A DNA stretch of 64,000 nt from Pseudomonadota bacterium. Its GTDB lineage: Bacteria > Pseudomonadota > Gammaproteobacteria > Burkholderiales > SG8-39. How positions within the stretch are numbered: position 1 is the stretch's first letter; each line of letters begins with the position of its first letter. The notes below the pieces were generated by a model. That model saw only the letters and a list, made by a program, of their open reading frames with translations, did not search any database and was not told the DNA's origin. Of the stretch, positions 1 to 11,832 are shown piece after piece. The translations under genes were made by a program, and so were the position numbers. Location of the stretch: positions 212,875 through 276,874 of the forward strand of contig CANGMI010000007.1 in NCBI GenBank assembly GCA_947455195.1, read 5' to 3'.

Positions 1-614
1 TGTTCGGCGAGGATGTGGGCGCGATGGATACCGAGGCGCTCTATCGCATGCGAAGTCGGCTCGGCATGCTGTTCCAGTTCGGTGCGCTGTTCACCGACCT
101 GTCGGTGTTCGACAATGTCGCCTTTCCGCTGCGCGAACGCACGGGTCTTGGCGAGCGCATGATTCGCGATCTGGTTCTCATGAAGTTGCAGGCGGTGGGT
201 TTGCGCGGTGCGCGCAACCTCATGCCCCACCAGCTCTCCGGTGGCATGGCTCGCCGGGTGGCGCTCGCACGGGGCATTGCGCTCGACCCCCGGCTCATGC
301 TCTTCGACGAACCGTTTACCGGGCTCGATCCGATCTCGCTCGCGACGATCGGTCGACTGGTGCGTGAACTCAACGATGCCCTGGGGGCCAGTTCGATCAT
401 CGTGACGCACGACGTTCAGGAGTCGTTGCAGATCGTCGACTACCTCTACTTCATCGCGGGGGGGCGTGTCGTCGCCCAGGGCACGCCGAAAGAGGTGCGG
501 GCTTCCGAACAGCCATTCGTGCGTCAGTTCATTCGGGGCGAGATCGAAGGTGTGGTTCCGTTCCACCAGTCGGCCGGCGATTACCGCAGCGAATTGCTGA
601 GCGGAGCCCGCTGA
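1..614 (+). CDS. mlaF: Phospholipid/Mla ABC transporter ATP-binding protein MlaF, 5'-truncated by the window edge
   Basis: ABC signature [14 protein letters not shown] and Walker [13 protein letters not shown] are present, but Walker A is missing because it lies upstream of the window. The stop overlaps the mlaE start. It is followed by mlaE/D/A/C/B. Confidence 0.85.
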   Translation, partial: FGEDVGAMDTEALYRMRSRLGMLFQFGALFTDLSVFDNVAFPLRERTGLGERMIRDLVLMKLQAVGLRGARNLMPHQLSGGMARRVALARGIALDPRLMLFDEPFTGLDPISLATIGRLVRELNDALGASSIIVTHDVQESLQIVDYLYFIAGGRVVAQGTPKEVRASEQPFVRQFIRGEIEGVVPFHQSAGDYRSELLSGAR

Positions 615-1441
615 TGGCCGAGCGCGGCAACGTCCCGCCAGCGCAGGCCGCAGGCCCGGTGCGGGCACGCACCGAGCGGCTCGGTGCCTGGACTCTGCAG
701 AAGATCGAGCGCCTGGGCTTTGCTGCCCGGTTCTTTCTGGCGATCCTGCGCTTTTCGGGTCCCAGCCTGCGTCGTTTCGGGCTGGTGATGCGCGAAATCC
801 ACTTTGCCGGCGTACTGTCTCTGGTGATCATCGGCGTGTCGGGCCTCTTCGTAGGCATGGTGCTGGGCTTGCAAGGCTACGAGACGCTGGTGCGTTACGG
901 GTCTGCCGAAGCGCTCGGTACGCTGGTGGCACTCTCTCTGGTCCGTGAACTGGGTCCGGTCGTTGCAGCGTTGCTTTTTGCCAGCCGCGCCGGTTCCGCC
1001 ATCACCGCCGAGATCGGGTTGATGAAGGCAACCGAGCAACTGGCTGCCATGGAGATGATGGCGGTCGAACCACTCGCTCGCGTCGTAGCTCCCCGATTCT
1101 GGGGCGGTGTGATTTCGATGCCCCTGCTTGCGGCCATCTTCTCCTCGGTGGGCATCCTCGGGGGCTATCTCATCGGCGTCGTCACCATCGGACTGGATGC
1201 CGGGGCTTACTGGTCGCAGATGCAGGCTGCAGTCGATTTTCGCGATGACGTCATCAATGGCGTGATCAAGAGTTGCGTCTTCGGCGTTGCCGTGACCTGG
1301 ATCGCCGTGTTCGAGGGCTATGATGCGGCCCCCACGGCTGAAGGGGTCTCGCGCGCCACGACCCGGACGGTGGTCACCTCGGCGCTCGTCATCCTTGCCC
1401 TCGATGTCCTCCTCACCGCACTGATGTTTCGGGGAACCTGA
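614..1441 (+). CDS. mlaE: Mla ABC transporter permease MlaE
   Basis: 275-aa polytopic membrane ORF with the MlaE/Ttg2B-like core ([27 protein letters not shown]). The ATG overlaps the mlaF stop. Confidence 0.85.
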   Translation: MAERGNVPPAQAAGPVRARTERLGAWTLQKIERLGFAARFFLAILRFSGPSLRRFGLVMREIHFAGVLSLVIIGVSGLFVGMVLGLQGYETLVRYGSAEALGTLVALSLVRELGPVVAALLFASRAGSAITAEIGLMKATEQLAAMEMMAVEPLARVVAPRFWGGVISMPLLAAIFSSVGILGGYLIGVVTIGLDAGAYWSQMQAAVDFRDDVINGVIKSCVFGVAVTWIAVFEGYDAAPTAEGVSRATTRTVVTSALVILALDVLLTALMFRGT

Positions 1442-1443
1442 TC

Positions 1444-1986
1444 ATGAATCGCAATCGCCTGCTCGACCTCTGGGTCGGGCTGTTCGTTCTCATCGGTATC
1501 GCAGCGCTGGCATTTCTTGCCCTGCGCGCGGCCAATGCATCGAGTTTCGCTGCCGAGCCCACCTACACGCTCGAGGCGCGTTTCGACAATATCGGCAGCC
1601 TCAAGGTGCGCGCACCGGTGCGCAGCGCTGGCGTCATCGTCGGTCGGGTGAGTTCGGTGGGATTCGACGCCGAGACCTATGAGGCGGTTGTCAGCTTCCG
1701 GGTGAATGCGCGCTATCCGTTCCCGAAGGACACCTCGGCCAAGATTCTCACGGCCGGCCTGCTCGGCGAGCAGTACCTGGGCCTCACGGCCGGGGGCGAT
1801 CCGGTGATGTTCAAGGAGGGCGATACCGTGCGACTCACGCAGAGCGCGGTCGTACTCGAGAACCTCATCGGGCAGTTCCTCTACAACAAGGCTGCCGAAG
1901 GCAAATCGGGTGACGACCGGCCGGCTGAAAGCAAGCCAGCCGATGTCAAGGGCGCCGATGTCAAGGGAGCGGAGGGCAGCCGGTGA
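1444..1986 (+). CDS. mlaD: MCE-domain outer-membrane lipid asymmetry protein MlaD
   Basis: N-terminal TM anchor (LWVGLFVLIGIAALAFLAL) followed by an MCE domain (YTLEARFDNIGSLKVRAPVRSAGVIVGRV). The low-complexity C-terminal tail contains a 2 x 15-nt tandem repeat at 1939-1968 (ADVKG ADVKG). Confidence 0.8.
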   Translation: MNRNRLLDLWVGLFVLIGIAALAFLALRAANASSFAAEPTYTLEARFDNIGSLKVRAPVRSAGVIVGRVSSVGFDAETYEAVVSFRVNARYPFPKDTSAKILTAGLLGEQYLGLTAGGDPVMFKEGDTVRLTQSAVVLENLIGQFLYNKAAEGKSGDDRPAESKPADVKGADVKGAEGSR

Positions 1987-2804
1987 AAAGAGGGATGGTG
2001 ATCCTGGCCGCTTGCGTACTGCTCGCCGGTTGCGCGACGGGGCCGGGCTCCAGAGCCGCAGGGCGTGATCCGTTCGAGTCCGTCAATCGGGCTGTCTTCG
2101 CGTTCAACGACACGTTCGATCGGCATCTTGCCCAGCCGGTGGCGCGCGCCTGGGTGGACTACGTGCCATCCATCCTGCGTACCGGGGTACGCAACTTTCT
2201 GGGCAACTTCGATGACCTGCTGATCGGGGCCAACAACCTGCTGCAGGGCAAGGTGCATGAAGGCACATCCGATTTCATGCGCTTTGTCATCAATTCGACT
2301 TTCGGGCTTGGCGGCCTCCTCGATGTCGCGAGCGAAGCGCGTCTGGAGAAGCACAATGAGGATCTGGGGCAGACCCTTGCGACCTGGGGGGTGCCTGACG
2401 GGCCCTATCTGGTTCTGCCCTTTCTCGGGCCGAGCACCGCTCGGGATGCGCCGTCGGCCTTCCTGACCTACGTCAGCTACCCCCTGCGCCCGGTCGCGCG
2501 GACCGCCGAGCCGGGCACCTGGCGCGCGCCGTTCAATACGGCCACCGGGTTGTATCTGCTCGAAACCCGGGCCGAACTCCTGCAGGCCGGCTCGATCCTG
2601 GACAACGCTGCGCTCGACCGCTACCGCTTCGTGCGCGACGCGTTCATCCAGCGTCGCCATTCGCTCATCCATGACGGCAATCCGCCCCCGCCCACGCCGG
2701 CCGAAGATGAGGAGGACGATGTGCTCGCGCCTGGCGGCCCCATCATGGCCAAGGTGGACGATAATGGCGACCCTGCCACGGCCCCTTCAGTCGACCAGCC
2801 ATGA
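1983..2804 (+). CDS. mlaA: MlaA/VacJ family lipoprotein
   Basis: GTG start overlaps the mlaD stop. Lipoprotein signal with lipobox LLAGC. VacJ-like motifs DPFESVNRAVFAFND and GPYLVLPFLGPST. Confidence 0.8.
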   Translation: MKRGMVILAACVLLAGCATGPGSRAAGRDPFESVNRAVFAFNDTFDRHLAQPVARAWVDYVPSILRTGVRNFLGNFDDLLIGANNLLQGKVHEGTSDFMRFVINSTFGLGGLLDVASEARLEKHNEDLGQTLATWGVPDGPYLVLPFLGPSTARDAPSAFLTYVSYPLRPVARTAEPGTWRAPFNTATGLYLLETRAELLQAGSILDNAALDRYRFVRDAFIQRRHSLIHDGNPPPPTPAEDEEDDVLAPGGPIMAKVDDNGDPATAPSVDQP

Positions 2805-3511
2805 ATCCTGCCTCTGCCGCTTTCCTCTATGGCCGTTTGCGCGACACGGTTTTCTCGGGTCATGCGGCGCTTGCCCGGGTCTGCTCGATCGGCATCCTTG
2901 CCGGGGTACTTGCGGTCGGCGGCGCGCCTGCTCCCGTGCAGGCGGCAATCGACCCTGACACCCCGCCTGATGTGCTGGTGAAGACCGTCTCGACCGAGGT
3001 CATCGAGCTCATTCGCAACGACAAGGACCTGCAGGCCGGTGATGCGCGCAAGGTGCGTGATCTGATCGAGACCCGCATCCTGCCGCAGTTCGACTTCAGC
3101 CGGATGACCGCGCTTGCGATGGGGGCAAGCTGGCGCCGCGCCACGCCCGAGCAGCAGAAGGATCTGGTCGAACAGTTCCGGACATTGCTGGTGCGCACCT
3201 ACGCATCGGGCGTTACCGCGTACCGCGACCAGGTGATCGAATTCAAGCCACTGCGAGCAAAGCCTGGAGACACCGATGTCATCGTCCGCTCCGAGGTCAA
3301 GCGTTCCGGGACCCAGCCGGTCACCATCGATTACGGCATGGGCAAGACGCCGGATGGGTGGAAGGTCTACGACGTCATCATCGGCGGTGTGAGTCTGGTC
3401 ACGACCTACCGCGACACCTTTGTTCAGGAGGTACGCCAGAGCGGGGTCGATGGTCTGATCAGGATGCTGTCGGACAAGAACCGCCAGCTGGAGCAGCAGG
3501 CCCGCAAATGA
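2801..3511 (+). CDS. mlaC: Periplasmic phospholipid-binding protein MlaC (Ttg2D/toluene tolerance family)
   Basis: Signal peptide ending AAPAPVQA, then sequence of Ttg2D type (ILPQFDFSRMTALAMGASWRRATPEQQ). Position in the operon fits. ATGA overlaps on both sides. Confidence 0.75.
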   Translation: MNPASAAFLYGRLRDTVFSGHAALARVCSIGILAGVLAVGGAPAPVQAAIDPDTPPDVLVKTVSTEVIELIRNDKDLQAGDARKVRDLIETRILPQFDFSRMTALAMGASWRRATPEQQKDLVEQFRTLLVRTYASGVTAYRDQVIEFKPLRAKPGDTDVIVRSEVKRSGTQPVTIDYGMGKTPDGWKVYDVIIGGVSLVTTYRDTFVQEVRQSGVDGLIRMLSDKNRQLEQQARK

Positions 3512-3837
3512 GCGATGCACCGAGTCTGAGTCGCGAAGGCGACGTGCTACTCGTGGCGGGCGATCTCACCATGCAGACCGTGGGTGCGATTGTCGCTGCC
3601 GGCGCCGCATTGATGGCGCCAGGCCCTTTGCGGGTCGATCTGTCGCGTGTCGACAAGGCCGATTCGGCCGGTCTCGCCATGCTGCTCGACTGGTTCAGGT
3701 CTGCGCTTGCTGCCCGGTGCAATCTCCTGGTCGTGGGTGCGCCTGCCGATCTCGCGACCCTCGCCCGAGTCTACGGCCTTGCCGACATCATCCCGATGTT
3801 CTCGCGTGCTCCGGCGGAGTCGTCGCGAGCCCGATGA
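3508..3837 (+). CDS. mlaB: STAS-domain protein MlaB
   Basis: ATG at 3508 overlaps the mlaC stop (ATGA). About 109 aa and STAS-like (DLSRVDKADSAGLAMLLDW). The longer ORF-track start at 3358 lies inside mlaC and was not used. Confidence 0.65.
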   Translation: MSDAPSLSREGDVLLVAGDLTMQTVGAIVAAGAALMAPGPLRVDLSRVDKADSAGLAMLLDWFRSALAARCNLLVVGAPADLATLARVYGLADIIPMFSRAPAESSRAR

Positions 3838-4763
3838 CCGCGCAAGCTGCCATTCGCGTCGAGGCGCTCGCCAAGCGGTTTGGTTCACTCCAGGCGCTGG
3901 ACGGTATCGACCTGGAGGTTCGTTGCGGCGAATTCTTCGGGCTTCTCGGGCCCAACGGCGCGGGCAAGACCACGCTCATCAGCATCCTCGCCGGACTTTG
4001 CCGACCAGATGCCGGTCGTGCCACGGTCATGGGTCATGACGTGCGCACCGACTATCGCAACGCGCGTCGGATGCTCGGCGTCGTCCCGCAGGAAATCGTC
4101 TTCGACCCGTTCTTTTCGGTACGCGAGACGCTTGTCATCCAGTCGGGATATTTCGGACTGCGTCACAACGATGCCTGGATCGACGAGATTCTCGAGCATC
4201 TGGGGCTCTCTTCGAAAGCCGGGGCCAACATGCGTTCGCTCTCGGGCGGCATGAAACGCCGCGTGCTGGTTGCCCAGGCCCTGGTGCACCGGCCACCGGT
4301 GATCATCCTTGATGAACCGACCGCAGGGGTCGATGTCGAGTTGCGCCAGAGTCTGTGGCGATTCATTCGCCGGTTGAACGAGGACGGACACACGATCGTG
4401 CTCACCACCCACTATCTCGAGGAGGCTGAAGCCTTGTGCGGGCGCATCGCGATGATGAAGGGGGGGAGGGTCATCGCGCTCGACACGACGGCCAATCTGG
4501 TAGGACGCATGCGCGATCGGGTGGTTGTGCGTCTCACGCTGTCGGCTGGGGCGCTGCCGCCCGCGATGGCGGCGCGTGTCGTCTCGTCGGAGGGAGCGAG
4601 TCATGTGCTGCGTCTGCCCGATCCGGCTGAGGTTGAACCCCTGCTCGCGCAGGTCCGCGAGGCCGGGGGGCAGATTGCCGAACTGTCCGTGACGCAACCC
4701 GACCTGGAGGAAGTCTTCGTGCAGACCATGCGTGGAACGCTCGCGGGGACGCAGTCGGCATGA
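3834..4763 (+). CDS. ABC-2 type exporter ATP-binding protein
   Basis: Walker A GPNGAGKTT, signature LSGGMKRRVLVAQAL and Walker B VIILDEPTAGVD. ATG at 3834 overlaps the mlaB stop. The ORF-track start at 3717 lies inside mlaB. Confidence 0.85.
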   Translation: MTAQAAIRVEALAKRFGSLQALDGIDLEVRCGEFFGLLGPNGAGKTTLISILAGLCRPDAGRATVMGHDVRTDYRNARRMLGVVPQEIVFDPFFSVRETLVIQSGYFGLRHNDAWIDEILEHLGLSSKAGANMRSLSGGMKRRVLVAQALVHRPPVIILDEPTAGVDVELRQSLWRFIRRLNEDGHTIVLTTHYLEEAEALCGRIAMMKGGRVIALDTTANLVGRMRDRVVVRLTLSAGALPPAMAARVVSSEGASHVLRLPDPAEVEPLLAQVREAGGQIAELSVTQPDLEEVFVQTMRGTLAGTQSA

Positions 4764-5533
4764 GTCGCGCCTTCTGCACGGCGGGGTTTCGCACTCTCTT
4801 CGTCAAGGAATTGATGCGCTTCTGGAAAGTGAGTTTCCAGACGGTGTTTGCACCGATCGTCAACGCGTTGCTGTACCTGGTGGTATTCGCCCATGTGCTC
4901 GAGGAGCGTGTTCAGGTCTATGAGGGGGTTCCTTATCGGGCCTTCCTGGTCCCCGGACTGGTGATGATGGCCACCTTGCAGAACGCCTTTGCAAACAGTT
5001 CCTCGAGCCTGATCCAGTCAAAGATGACCGGCAACATCATCTTCATGCTCCTCCCCCCACTCTCGCATGTCGAGATCTTCCTCGCCTATGTGCTGGCCGC
5101 CGTGGCACGCGGAGTGATTGTTGGGGGGGGGGTGCTGGCAGTCACGCTTTTCCTCGCGCCAGTGCCGTTCATGCATCCGCTCTGGATCATCACGTTCGCG
5201 CTGGGCGGTGCGGCAATACTCGGTGCCATGGGGTTGCTGGCGGGGATCTGGGCCGACAAGGTCGACCAGTTGGCCGCATTTCAGAACTTCGTGATCCTGC
5301 CCTTCACATTCCTGTCGGGCGTCTTCTACTCGATTCACTCTCTCTCGGCCACCTGGCAACTTGTTTCCCGTGCCAACCCGTTCTTCTTCATGATCGACGG
5401 ATTCCGCTACGGATTCTTCGGGGTGTCCGATGTCGACCCCTGGTCGAGTCTGGCGGTGATCGTGGGCACCTTCGCCGTGCTTGCGGCCGTGAACCTGACC
5501 ATGCTTCGAACCGGCTACAAGCTGCGTACCTGA
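4760..5533 (+). CDS. ABC-2 type transporter permease
   Basis: 257-aa ORF with six hydrophobic segments and the ABC-2 membrane pattern. The start overlaps the stop of the ATPase gene. It contains the G10 tract at 5123-5132. Confidence 0.8.
   Translation: MSRAFCTAGFRTLFVKELMRFWKVSFQTVFAPIVNALLYLVVFAHVLEERVQVYEGVPYRAFLVPGLVMMATLQNAFANSSSSLIQSKMTGNIIFMLLPPLSHVEIFLAYVLAAVARGVIVGGGVLAVTLFLAPVPFMHPLWIITFALGGAAILGAMGLLAGIWADKVDQLAAFQNFVILPFTFLSGVFYSIHSLSATWQLVSRANPFFFMIDGFRYGFFGVSDVDPWSSLAVIVGTFAVLAAVNLTMLRTGYKLRT
5123..5132 (+). repeat. Homopolymeric G10 tract inside the ABC-2 permease CDS (codons GGG GGG GGG G)
   Basis: Read directly: gtt ggg ggg ggg gtg encodes V-G-G-G-V. Confidence 0.95.
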
Positions 5534-5591
5534 GGCCTTGCAGTCGGGCGCGCCGAGGCCCTTTGAATACTCTTGCAAAAGGATCACTCCG

Positions 5592-7107
<1,516 letters not shown>

Positions 7108-7176
7108 CGCCTCTGCGCCCGACCGGGTAAACTGCGGGGTTACTTTACCGACGCCGCTCCGGGCGCTCTGCCTGCC

Positions 7177-7833
7177 GTGATCACGATAGCCCTGTCCAAG
7201 GGACGCATCCTCGAGGAATCGCTCCCGCTGCTCGCGCATGCCGGACTTTCGCTCGCGGAAGACCCCGAGCGCTCGCGCAAGCTCATCATCGCGACCAACC
7301 GTGCCGACGTGCGCATCGTGCTTGTGCGCGCCTCCGATGCACCCACCTATGTTCAGTACGGCGCGGCTGATCTGGGTGTGGCTGGGGTGGATGTGCTGCA
7401 CGAGCATGGGGGCGAGGGTCTCTACCAGCCGGTCGATCTCGAGATCGGTCGCTGCCGCATGATGGTCGCAGTGCCGGATGACTTCGATTACGAGGGCGCG
7501 CTCGCACGGCGCTCGCGTCTGCGTGTTGCCACCAAGTACATGCGGGCCGCGCGCGAGCACTTCGGCGCGAAGGCTGTTCAGGTTGATCTCATCAAGCTCT
7601 ATGGGTCGATGGAACTGGCGCCCATTTCCGGACTCTCCGACGTGATTGTCGATCTGGTCAGCACCGGCAACACGCTGCGTGCGAATCGCCTGCGGGCCGT
7701 CGAGGAAATCATGCCGATCAGCTCTCGTCTCATCGTCAATCAGGCGGCGCTCAAGATGAAGCTTGCCGAAGTGCAGCCGATGATCACGGCCTTTCGCGAG
7801 GCTGTGGCGGGTCGCAGCGAGGGGGGGCGATGA
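7177..7833 (+). CDS. hisG: ATP phosphoribosyltransferase, short (HisZ-dependent) form
   Basis: 218 aa, begins [19 protein letters not shown]. It lacks the long-form C-terminal regulatory domain. It is the first gene of a contiguous his operon. Confidence 0.9.
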   Translation: MITIALSKGRILEESLPLLAHAGLSLAEDPERSRKLIIATNRADVRIVLVRASDAPTYVQYGAADLGVAGVDVLHEHGGEGLYQPVDLEIGRCRMMVAVPDDFDYEGALARRSRLRVATKYMRAAREHFGAKAVQVDLIKLYGSMELAPISGLSDVIVDLVSTGNTLRANRLRAVEEIMPISSRLIVNQAALKMKLAEVQPMITAFREAVAGRSEGGR

Positions 7834-9257
7834 ACCCGGGCTCGACTGCAGCGAACGGTACGTCGGTCTCGCCTGCGCTCGCGGCCTCGTCGGTGCGTCG
7901 TCTCGACGCCGATGCGCCCGGCTTCGCGGCTGCGCTCGATGCGCTGGTGAGTTACGACGCTGCGCAGGACGAATCCATCGATCGAACGGTGGCCGCCATC
8001 ATTGCCGATGTGCGGGCCCGTGGCGATGCGGCGGTGCTGGAGTATACCGCCCGGTTCGATCAACTCGATCTGGCCGCGGGGGCCGGGCTCGAGCTCGATC
8101 TTGCCGAAACACGGCATGCGCTTGATCGCCTGCCGGTTGTCCAGCGCGATGCCCTCGAGGCGGCGGCTGCACGCATTCGAAGCTATCACGAGCACCAGCG
8201 ACTGCAGTCCTGGCAGATCGAAGAGGCGGATGGCACCGTGCTGGGACAGCGGGTGACGCCACTTGATCGGGTGGGCCTCTATGTCCCTGGTGGCAAGGCT
8301 TCGTACCCCTCTTCGCTCCTCATGAACGCGGTGCCGGCTCGGGTGGCTGGCGTCGGAGAACTGGTGATGGTGGTGCCCACCCCGCGTGGTCAGCGCAGCG
8401 ATATGGTGCTTGCGGCAGCGGCCATCGCCGGGGTAGATCGCATCTTCACCATGGGTGGGGCCCAGGCCGTTGCCGCGCTCGCCTATGGAACCGAAACCGT
8501 GCCCCGGGTCGACAAGATCGTCGGCCCTGGCAATGCCTGGGTGGCTGCCGCCAAGCGCCGTGTATTCGGTGTCGTCGGCATCGACATGATTGCCGGCCCG
8601 TCGGAAATCGTGGTGGTGTGCGACGGATCGGTATCGCCCGACTGGGTGGCAATGGATCTGTTCTCGCAGGCCGAGCACGACGAGTCGGCGCAGGCCATTC
8701 TCGTGACCACCGATGCCGAGTTCGCCGATCGGGTGGCACGCGCCATCGAGCGGGCAATCGAGTCGATGCCGCGGCGCGCAATCATTGCCGCGTCACTGGC
8801 GGCCCGCGGTGCGCTGATCGTCACCCGCTCGCGCGAGCAGGCCTGTGACATCGTGAATCGCATCGCGCCCGAGCACCTGGAACTGGCCGTGGCCGAGCCC
8901 GACGCATGGCTGCCCCTGGTCCGTCATGCGGGTGCAATCTTCATGGGGCGTTACAGTTCCGAGTCGCTTGGCGATTACTGTGCCGGACCCAACCACGTGC
9001 TCCCCACGGCAGGCACCGCACGATTTTCGTCGCCGCTGGGCGTCTACGACTTCCAGAAGCGTACGAGCCTCATTCATGTCTCGCATCGTGGTGCGCAGAC
9101 GCTGGGTGCCATCGCGTCAGTGCTGGCGCACGGCGAGGGACTGCCGGCGCATGCCCGCTCGGCCGAGTTGCGACTCGATGTTGGCGCGGACAGTGCGAGC
9201 GGCCCTGCGGCTGGCAGCGATCAGACGGCGGGTGATCAGGGCAAGGGGGGGCGATGA
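7830..9257 (+). CDS. hisD: Histidinol dehydrogenase
   Basis: Conserved HisD core ([60 protein letters not shown]). Short N- and C-terminal low-complexity extensions. ATGA overlaps on both sides. Confidence 0.95.
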   Translation: MNPGSTAANGTSVSPALAASSVRRLDADAPGFAAALDALVSYDAAQDESIDRTVAAIIADVRARGDAAVLEYTARFDQLDLAAGAGLELDLAETRHALDRLPVVQRDALEAAAARIRSYHEHQRLQSWQIEEADGTVLGQRVTPLDRVGLYVPGGKASYPSSLLMNAVPARVAGVGELVMVVPTPRGQRSDMVLAAAAIAGVDRIFTMGGAQAVAALAYGTETVPRVDKIVGPGNAWVAAAKRRVFGVVGIDMIAGPSEIVVVCDGSVSPDWVAMDLFSQAEHDESAQAILVTTDAEFADRVARAIERAIESMPRRAIIAASLAARGALIVTRSREQACDIVNRIAPEHLELAVAEPDAWLPLVRHAGAIFMGRYSSESLGDYCAGPNHVLPTAGTARFSSPLGVYDFQKRTSLIHVSHRGAQTLGAIASVLAHGEGLPAHARSAELRLDVGADSASGPAAGSDQTAGDQGKGGR

Positions 9258-10381
9258 GTGATACGCAGAGCGCACCGCGTGCGAGCGCCGGCGGTGCAAC
9301 GGGCATTTCGGCAGCCGCTGCGCTGGCGGCCTCGGTCGTACGCGATGACGTGCTGGCCCTCTCCGCTTATGCGGTGCCATCGGCCGCAGGTTTTCTGAAA
9401 CTCGACGCGATGGAGAACCCTTACAGCCTGCCCGATGCCTTGCGCGAGGCGGTCGCTCAGGCTGTCGCCGGGGCAGCCCTCAATCGTTACCCTGATCCGC
9501 GCGCGCCAGAACTCCAGGCTCGCCTGCGGTCGGTGATGCAGATTCCTGCCGAAAGCGCCCTGATGCTGGGCAATGGCTCCGACGAAATCATTGCGGTGGT
9601 AAGCCAGGCGCTCGCGCGGCCCGGCGCGTGCGTGCTGGGCATCGAGCCGTCGTTCGTGATGTATCGCATGAGCGCGCACGCGGCACAGGTTCGCCATGTC
9701 GGCGTGGCGCTGCGTCCGGACTTCTCGCTCGACACCGAAGCGGTGCTCGCCGCGATTGCGACACATCGACCGGCTGTGGTCTGGATTTCCTACCCGAACA
9801 ACCCGACCGGCAACCTCTTTCCCGACGCCGACATCGAGGCAATCCTTGCGGCGGCACCCGGCCTCGTGGTTCTCGACGAGGCTTACAACATCTTTGCCGG
9901 TCGATCCTGGTTGTCGCGATTGCCCGAATTTCCGAACATGATGGTGATGCGCACCCTCTCGAAGGTGGGGCTGGCCGGGATTCGCCTCGGGTACGCAGCC
10001 GCGCACCCAGACTGGATTCGCGAATTCGACAAGCTGCGTCCGCCGTACAACGTCAACGTGCTGACCCAGGCGGCAGCCCAGACCTTGCTCGACCATGCGA
10101 GCGTATTCGATGAGCAGGCGCAGCGCATCTGTGAGACTCGGCGTGATCTCATGACGCGGCTGGCGGCCATGCCTGGGGTCGAGGTGTTTCCGAGCAATGC
10201 CAATTTCGTGCTGGCCCGGTTCGCTGATGGGCCCGGCCTGATGAAGGCGCTGCTCGATCGGCACATTCTGGTGAAGAACCTGCACGCCTTTCACCCGTTG
10301 CTGGTCAACTGCCTGCGTTTCACCGTGGGTACACCGGCGGAGAATGCGCTGCTCGTATCGGCGGTTGCCGACGCGCTATAG
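9254..10381 (+). CDS. hisC: Histidinol-phosphate aminotransferase
   Basis: Class-II aminotransferase with the PLP-lysine context ([16 protein letters not shown]) and LDAMENPY near the N-terminus. Sits in the his operon. Confidence 0.9.
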   Translation: MSDTQSAPRASAGGATGISAAAALAASVVRDDVLALSAYAVPSAAGFLKLDAMENPYSLPDALREAVAQAVAGAALNRYPDPRAPELQARLRSVMQIPAESALMLGNGSDEIIAVVSQALARPGACVLGIEPSFVMYRMSAHAAQVRHVGVALRPDFSLDTEAVLAAIATHRPAVVWISYPNNPTGNLFPDADIEAILAAAPGLVVLDEAYNIFAGRSWLSRLPEFPNMMVMRTLSKVGLAGIRLGYAAAHPDWIREFDKLRPPYNVNVLTQAAAQTLLDHASVFDEQAQRICETRRDLMTRLAAMPGVEVFPSNANFVLARFADGPGLMKALLDRHILVKNLHAFHPLLVNCLRFTVGTPAENALLVSAVADAL

Positions 10382-10480
10382 TGGAAACCGGTGGCGCCCG
10401 CGATGGGTGCGCTGTCACCCGTGTCTGCAGCGTCTCATGTTCCTGACTTTTCATTGCCCGTAACGATCCAGCGGCACCTC

Positions 10481-11068
10481 ATGCGAAACGCATCCATCCA
10501 GCGCAATACTGCAGAGACACGCATCGGCGTGACACTCGAACTCGACGGCTCCGGCAAGGCGCAACTCGCCTCCGGGGTGCCTTTTCTCGACCACATGCTT
10601 GACCAGATTGCCCGCCATGGCCTCATCGACCTCGATGTGCGCGCCGAGGGCGATCTGCATATCGACGGGCATCACACGGTCGAGGATATCGGCATCACGA
10701 TGGGGCAGGCGTTCGCGCAGGCGCTGGGCGACAAGAAGGGCGTGCGCCGGTACGGACACGCATACGTGCCACTCGACGAGGCGCTGTCGCGCGTGGTCAT
10801 CGACCTGTCGGGCCGCCCCGGACTCGAATTTCACGTGAAGTTCACCCGTGCCTGGGTGGGTGAATTCGATCTGGATCTGGTGCATGAATTCTTTCAGGGC
10901 TTTGTCAACCATGCCCAGGTGAGTCTGCACATCGACAATCTGCGTGGCGAAAACAGCCACCACCAGTGCGAGACGGTGTTCAAGGCCTTCGGGCGTGCGC
11001 TGCGCATGGCGATCGAGCCCGATCCGCGCGCGCCCGGGGTCATTCCCTCGACCAAGGGCACCCTCTGA
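10481..11068 (+). CDS. hisB: Imidazoleglycerol-phosphate dehydratase
   Basis: [25 protein letters not shown] and HHTVEDIGI motifs. The ORF-track start at 10391 adds 30 unsupported residues. Confidence 0.9.
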   Translation: MRNASIQRNTAETRIGVTLELDGSGKAQLASGVPFLDHMLDQIARHGLIDLDVRAEGDLHIDGHHTVEDIGITMGQAFAQALGDKKGVRRYGHAYVPLDEALSRVVIDLSGRPGLEFHVKFTRAWVGEFDLDLVHEFFQGFVNHAQVSLHIDNLRGENSHHQCETVFKAFGRALRMAIEPDPRAPGVIPSTKGTL

Positions 11069-11078
11069 GAGCCGACCG

Positions 11079-11711
11079 ATGAGCATAGCGGTCATTGATT
11101 ACGGCATGGGCAATCTGCGCTCGGTCTCGAAGGCGCTCGAGCACGTTGCCCCGGGCTTGCGGGTGGTGGTCACCGACGCCGCTGCCGAGATCGACGCCGC
11201 CGATCGGGTGGTGTTTCCCGGCCAGGGTGCCATGCCCGACTGCATGCGCGAACTCGACGCCCGCGGGCTGCGTGCGCCGCTCCTGCGCGCGGCGGCCTCG
11301 CGTCCCTTTCTCGGCATCTGCATCGGCGTGCAGATGCTCTTCGAATCGAGCGAGGAGGGCCATGTGGCTGGCCTCGGGCTCTTTCGTGGTGCCGTTCGTC
11401 GCTTTCCCGATGCGCTGATGCACGACGCCGATGGTGCCCGTCTGAAGGTGCCTCACATGGGCTGGAACGAGGTGAGCCAGGAGGCGCATCCGCTCTGGTC
11501 CGGCATCGCCGACGAGTCGCGCTTCTACTTCGTGCACAGCTACTACGTCGACCCGGCCGATCCGCAGGTGGTGAAGGGTCGCGCCCGGCACGGTATCCCC
11601 TTTACCGCTGCAGTCGGGCGGGATAACATCTTTGCGGTGCAGTTCCACCCCGAAAAGAGTCAGGCATCGGGGTTGCGTCTGCTCGAGAACTTCGTCGGCT
11701 GGAAACCCTGA
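11079..11711 (+). CDS. hisH: Imidazole glycerol phosphate synthase, glutaminase subunit
   Basis: [16 protein letters not shown], catalytic GICIGVQML and the C-terminal [10 protein letters not shown]. Confidence 0.9.
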   Translation: MSIAVIDYGMGNLRSVSKALEHVAPGLRVVVTDAAAEIDAADRVVFPGQGAMPDCMRELDARGLRAPLLRAAASRPFLGICIGVQMLFESSEEGHVAGLGLFRGAVRRFPDALMHDADGARLKVPHMGWNEVSQEAHPLWSGIADESRFYFVHSYYVDPADPQVVKGRARHGIPFTAAVGRDNIFAVQFHPEKSQASGLRLLENFVGWKP

Positions 11712-11832
11712 TCACCGTCCGCACTTCTCCCTCAGACGCCCGCAGCGACCCTCGGCCAGGCTTCTCGCCACACACCAGCACGCCTCGCGCCGCTCTTTCC
11801 CCTTCAAGAACACTTACCCACCAAGCCGCGCC

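Noticed and set aside
1939-1968. 2 x 15-nt tandem repeat at the 3' end of mlaD
   Set aside because: It has only two copies, lies in a disordered C-terminal tail and is in frame. It is most likely a trivial duplication and is noted in the feature evidence only.
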